Source: the human T2T-CHM13v2.0 reference genome, Homo sapiens
Assembly (NCBI GenBank): GCA_009914755.4
Contig: CP068257.2
Span: forward strand, 33,056,001-33,120,000
Reading direction: 5' to 3'
Length of the DNA: 64,000 nucleotides
Position 1 is the stretch's first letter, and every line of letters begins with the position of its first letter. Positions 59,258 through 64,000 of this stretch are shown piece after piece. A program made the translations under genes and the position numbers. The notes beneath the pieces are model-generated. The model did no database searches. It saw nothing but the letters and a program-made list of their open reading frames with translations, and was not told the origin of the DNA.

Positions 59258-62200
59258 CAAAGCAGCTGGGATTACATGAGAGAACACATAGGAATGCAAG
59301 GTGTAACACACGTGTTCATTATGTTGATGGTTATCTGGTTAGTCACTAACTTTCTAAATTAATTGAGAAACTTTTTTAAGAACCAGAATAGAGATGGGCG
59401 TGACTAAGAGAAAATGTTTAAGACCAAAGAACATCAACCCTCCTTTTAACCCACTAGTTGAGAGCTACACTACTTACCTCCCAAAAATGGCTTTTGTGTC
59501 CAGGAGCTCCAGGCCCTGAAGGATGCTGCTTTGCTTAGGAAGAAAGAGTGGCAGACTTCTCATGGGCTGATGTGCCAAGAATGGCTGAGGTTGGGTCTCA
59601 GTGGATGGCAGGGCTTGCAGGGAAGGCAGCAGACAAAACCCTGGAAATCTGGCTCAACACAAAAGTTAAGAATGGGTCTTACATGAAATACATTGGGTGT
59701 CAGTGTCAAGAATGCCAAGGCCCTAATTTTTACATTATCGTCTCCTAAAGACAACCATGGGGGCTGGCTTGTCATCTCTGTATGTCAATATTCCATATTT
59801 GCCCTTTCCTTTTGAGGATATGGAACCAGTCCTGGTAATTCTCCCCACTTGAGTATGTCTGAGGACGGATACCTCTTCATATACTCAGTCATGGGTGAAG
59901 ATTACATTCTTGAGTGAAACGCATCCTTGGAGATGCCAAAGAGAAAAACAAAGGTACAATTTTTTGATCTATTCTAGAGACAGGAGAAGGACCCGTTTTC
60001 TATATCTGGTCCCAGGATCATCTCTCTTGGGGCATTGGCCATGGAGCCAACACTGGGTTCTGTGGAGCCCGCAACTTTAGCTTCCTAAAAAACTCCTTCA
60101 GGACTTGCTGCACAGGGACAGCATCTCAACTTAGATCAGGCTCTGAGTCCATACTAGAATCTGGTCTGGCCTCCTTCAAGGGGATCTCCTGCCCCTGTGA
60201 GTTTCCTGAGTCCTGGCCTCAGTTTTCTCCTCTTTTACTGAGCTCTTTCCTGGCCCATCACTTGGGGCTGATCTCTGTGAGTTCAAGATTTGAAAAGTGG
60301 TTGCTGTTCTGACTGGTGCCTTTGCTGCCTAAGATTTCATGAAGATGATAGCACTGCAGATGACACAAGGAAGGGTACTTTAGACCTTTTCTGCTCAGAT
60401 AACTTTGGAGATAAAGGCAACATTAGCAATTATACAAGACAAATTTCAGCTGAAGAAGCCCAGAGAGCTTAAATTACTTGCCCTAGGTCCCTTGGCCACA
60501 TACAGCAATGCTGGAACTAGTATTCAAACCTTGTGATTCATAGTTGACAACAATCCATGCGTGGTTGGGGTTCTCGAAATGTAGTCCTTGGACCAGCAGC
60601 ATCATATCATCTGGGAAAGCATTAGAAATGCAAATTATCAAGCCCCATCCAGACCTACTGAGTCAGAAGCTCTGCAATCTCTGCTTTAACCAGCCCTCTA
60701 GGGAATTCAAATACTTGCTACGGTTTGAGAAACAGTGTTCTGTGCCGTGCTAAATTAAACCTTTTGTGGGACAGTTCAGTATTTTTCATCATTTGTAGAA
60801 GAGTTGAGTGCTTACCAATGATCTCTATCACACTTGATTCTTTTATTCATTTCTACACTTAATCTTGAATGCCCATTCCCATATTAGGCACCATATGGAT
60901 CAGAAGGACATATTGAACAAAGATCCTTCCTTCAAGGAGCTCATAGGAGTCACAACATAGACCAAGGAGGCTTTGATACTGAGAAGTAAGGCAAAATATG
61001 ACGGAATTTTGGAATGATGCAGACACCACGGGCGATATGAGTTTGCTAATGCTTTGGGCTATAGAGATGAGGTTGGGAATATCAATAGGAGAAGAGAATT
61101 AGCAACCAGGTGGTAGAAATGGGCCTAGTGAGTTGTAGAAAGAATAAGGAGATTGATCAGGTTGGAGGAGAGGCCTTGTGCTCTCTTAGGAGATTTATGA
61201 GAAGTTATGAGACTGAATTTCTCCCTAAATTATGAGGACCCCTAAGGTACTTGCCTCAGTGACTGAAGAGAATGGGTGGTTGGCTGTAGATCCACCATTC
61301 GGTGATTGATTCTGGAAGCATCTGTCTGGTAGGGAGGGCGAGAAGAACTATTTTCAGACTTTACTCTGGTACAAGCCTCAAGCAATTTGTCATGACTCAG
61401 GTGGTTGGGAAACAAGTGTGCTCTCAGGACAGCTTGACATGTCACTCAGCAGCCTCCTGGGGCCAAGCTGTTCTTTTAAAGGAAGAGTTTTGTGTTGACT
61501 CTGAACTTGGAAGAATCCAAAAACAGCAAGTGACAACAGAAGGTTGAGTCATGAGTGCATACCGCATCCAGGCCAGGCTTTGCTTCCAAGCACGAAGTAG
61601 ACCATGGCGTTGGGTTGACGTTTTCACATTGTAACCGTAAATTCTCTGTGACCCATTTCCACTGCCTGTATCATTTTATAGACCTGTATAGTTGCATGGA
61701 AATTAAATTGGTATTCATTATAAGGTGCCACCAGATGCCCAAAGGCCTTCTAGATTGTCCAAGAAAAGCATCTATCGAGCATCCAACTCCAGCATATTTT
61801 ATTATGTTTAAATTTCTGAAACATAAGCACTTGTGATATATGTGACAAATATAGTTATCAGCATTTTTTCTTAATCAGGAAACTTTGTTTTCAACCATGC
61901 TGGATAAGAGAGAACTTACTGCAGTTACAACTATGCATTATTTTTGAAATAATCCCAGCTAGCATTGATTTACTGTGGTCACAGGCCCTCTATGTCTGCT
62001 TCAAATTCATTCTCTGTGTCATGCCCACAATTATCCTCCTACGAAGGAGGCATTATTGTTGTCTCCACCTTACAGGTGAGTAAACTGAATCACAGAGAGG
62101 ACAAATAATATCTTCGAAGCCATGCAGCAAATAAGCGGTGAAGACTGGATCATACATACACATGTGCACACACACACACCATTCAGAATCATGGTGGAAG

Positions 62201-63179
62201 ATGGAATAGTATGTTGGAGAAAGATAAGGATTTCAAGCTAACGTCTGGTAATTGACAGGCTGAGCAAGTTGGGGAAGCCACTTTTAAATCCTAGAATATT
62301 GGTTGCCTAATCAATAACACAGAAGCCTTTACTCATAGGTTAATTTTGAGGAATGAATGAGATAATATGTTGAAAAGTTTTGTTCTATAAACTAACCTCC
62401 CCAACAGCCATATCCAGAAATCGAATTTTTACTGGGAGGTCATGAACATAGGCTCAACCTCGGAATTTTCTGCTCTGACTTCCTTTTCCCAACTCGAATG
62501 GGTTGATTATGTTCCTAACCCATTAGTGCTTAGTTGATGATACGTAATCATCTGTCTGCCCAGGTAACCTGGTAACTCAATTAACCAGCAGTTTGACATG
62601 GAACTTTGTGGAGTGCCAGGCATGGTGATGCAGACTTGGACCTGCTCAGGGCTCTGACAGATGGACACCAGCATCCCTGAAAATAAAGATGTCTTGTCTT
62701 TGGGTCTGTGTGTTTGGTTACCTAGTTGCTTCTCTGCTCTGTGGAAGTCACATTTTCCTCTGTCTCTTCAACAGTCCCTGCACCCGGTGGGTCAGTGCCC
62801 CGGGGACATACCATGGCTTCACATCCTTGTTTTTTCCAGCATCTGGCATCTCAGGAAGCCACTGACTAATTCCCTTGGCCCCATCCCACCCCTACTGCCG
62901 TGCACTCATTGGCTTCTAGCTTTTGATGAATTCAGGGAAATAGGGGTTCCCGTGAGCCCATGTTTTTCAAGAGCTCATAGTTTATGCCTGGAATGCAGAT
63001 TTGCACTCCAGCTTTCTGAAATGAGCAGAACTTCGGAAATACCCTTTAGTGGATCCTGTCTGAACTCTAAATGTCTCCGAGTTTGCTTTAGAGACAGAAG
63101 GGAGAATTCTTGAATTAACAATGAAGCTCCAGTGAAATCCTCCTATGGAATTTGAAATGTAGCCATTATGACAAATAGG

Positions 63180-64000
63180 CTTTTACCTTTTATTGTGGTA
63201 AAATATACATGCATAAAATTTACCATTATTGACATTTAGTCCATGCACAATGTTGTGCAACCTTCACCACTGCCTACTTCCACAACATTTTCATCACCCC
63301 TAAAGGAAACTCTGTACCCAATAAACAGTCCCTCTCCATTCCTCCCTCCTCCTGGACTCTGGCAACCACTCATCTGCATTTTGTCTTTAGAGATTTGCCT
63401 ATTCTGGATATTTTCATCTAAGGCAGATCAGTTTGTTCATTGAAAATTTTCAACATGCTAGACATTCACATTGCTTCAAAATCTAAAAGTCTAAAAGGGT
63501 TTCCTTTCTTTTACTTCTCCCCCATCGGCCTGGGCTCCCTTCCCACAGATGACTTCTTTGTTTGTGGAGGCATATGTATTCTAGAATATGTGTATCCCAA
63601 TACAAACAAATATGACACACACTCTTATCTCCCCCTTTTATTACATGAAAGGTAACATCCTATACACAATATTCTGTACCTTGTTTTTCAGCCACCTTAC
63701 AAAATGTCCTGGAACTTCTGTCCCCATCAGTACACAGAGAGCTTCCTCATTCCTTTTTAAAGCCGCATAGTAGTTGTTTGAATCTAGCATGCTTTATTTA
63801 ACTAATCCTTTCTTGATGGACATCTAGGTTTGTTTCCAAGTATTTGCCATCACCAGCAAAGCTGCCATGAATTATCTCACACACATGTCATCTTAAAAGT
63901 GTCTCGGCAGCACAAATTCCCAGAAGATGAATGACTGGGTCAGAGGGCATGTGGATTTGTAGTTTTGTTAATGATCACTCTGTTTCTTTCTGCAGGGGTT
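63180..64000 (+). mobile_element. Ancient L1 (L1M-family) 3'-end fragment, runs off the window
   Basis: ttttattgtggtaaaatatacatgcataaaatttaccattattgacatttagtccatgcacaatgttgtgcaaccttcaccactgcctacttccacaacattttcatcacccctaaaggaaactctgtacccaataaacagtccctctccattcctccc...gatggacatctaggtttgtttccaagtatttgccatcaccagcaaagctgccatgaat. This is the classic old-L1 3' region. Confidence 0.85.

Overview
This window is human (or other catarrhine primate) nuclear DNA, not a prokaryotic locus. It contains more than 20 Alu SINEs, several of them AluY-like with intact target-site duplications (TSDs), plus THE1/MaLR and MLT1 LTR elements, ancient L1 fragments, one MADE1 MITE and many micro- and minisatellites. The only protein-coding gene I can support is the 3' part of a CLIC-family gene on the + strand, which I read as CLIC6 (chr21q22.12). 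Its coding exons 2-6 lie at 33864-33973, 34540-34665, 35296-35402, 35953-36134 and 42892-43053. The exon sizes are 110/126/107/182/162 nt, the canonical CLIC exon architecture; all introns are GT-AG and the phases are consistent. The stop codon TGA is at 43051-43053, and the 3'UTR runs to a probable AATAAA at 44865-44870. The GC-rich exon 1 (acidic repeat domain) is not in the window, so 1-33863 is CLIC6 intron 1. Bases ~44.9-64 kb are downstream intergenic or lncRNA territory. I found no CRISPR array, operon, rRNA or tRNA, so the hint of a novel system does not apply. The points worth a second look are candidate regulatory DNA (two CpG/GC-rich blocks in intron 1, a (CA)22 repeat 48 bp from the exon 2 donor, an interstitial telomeric repeat in intron 5), unusual repeat architecture (spacer-less inverted Alu pair, nested Alu insertions into an LTR, two young 5'-truncated AluY elements), and a weak exon 5 splice donor.
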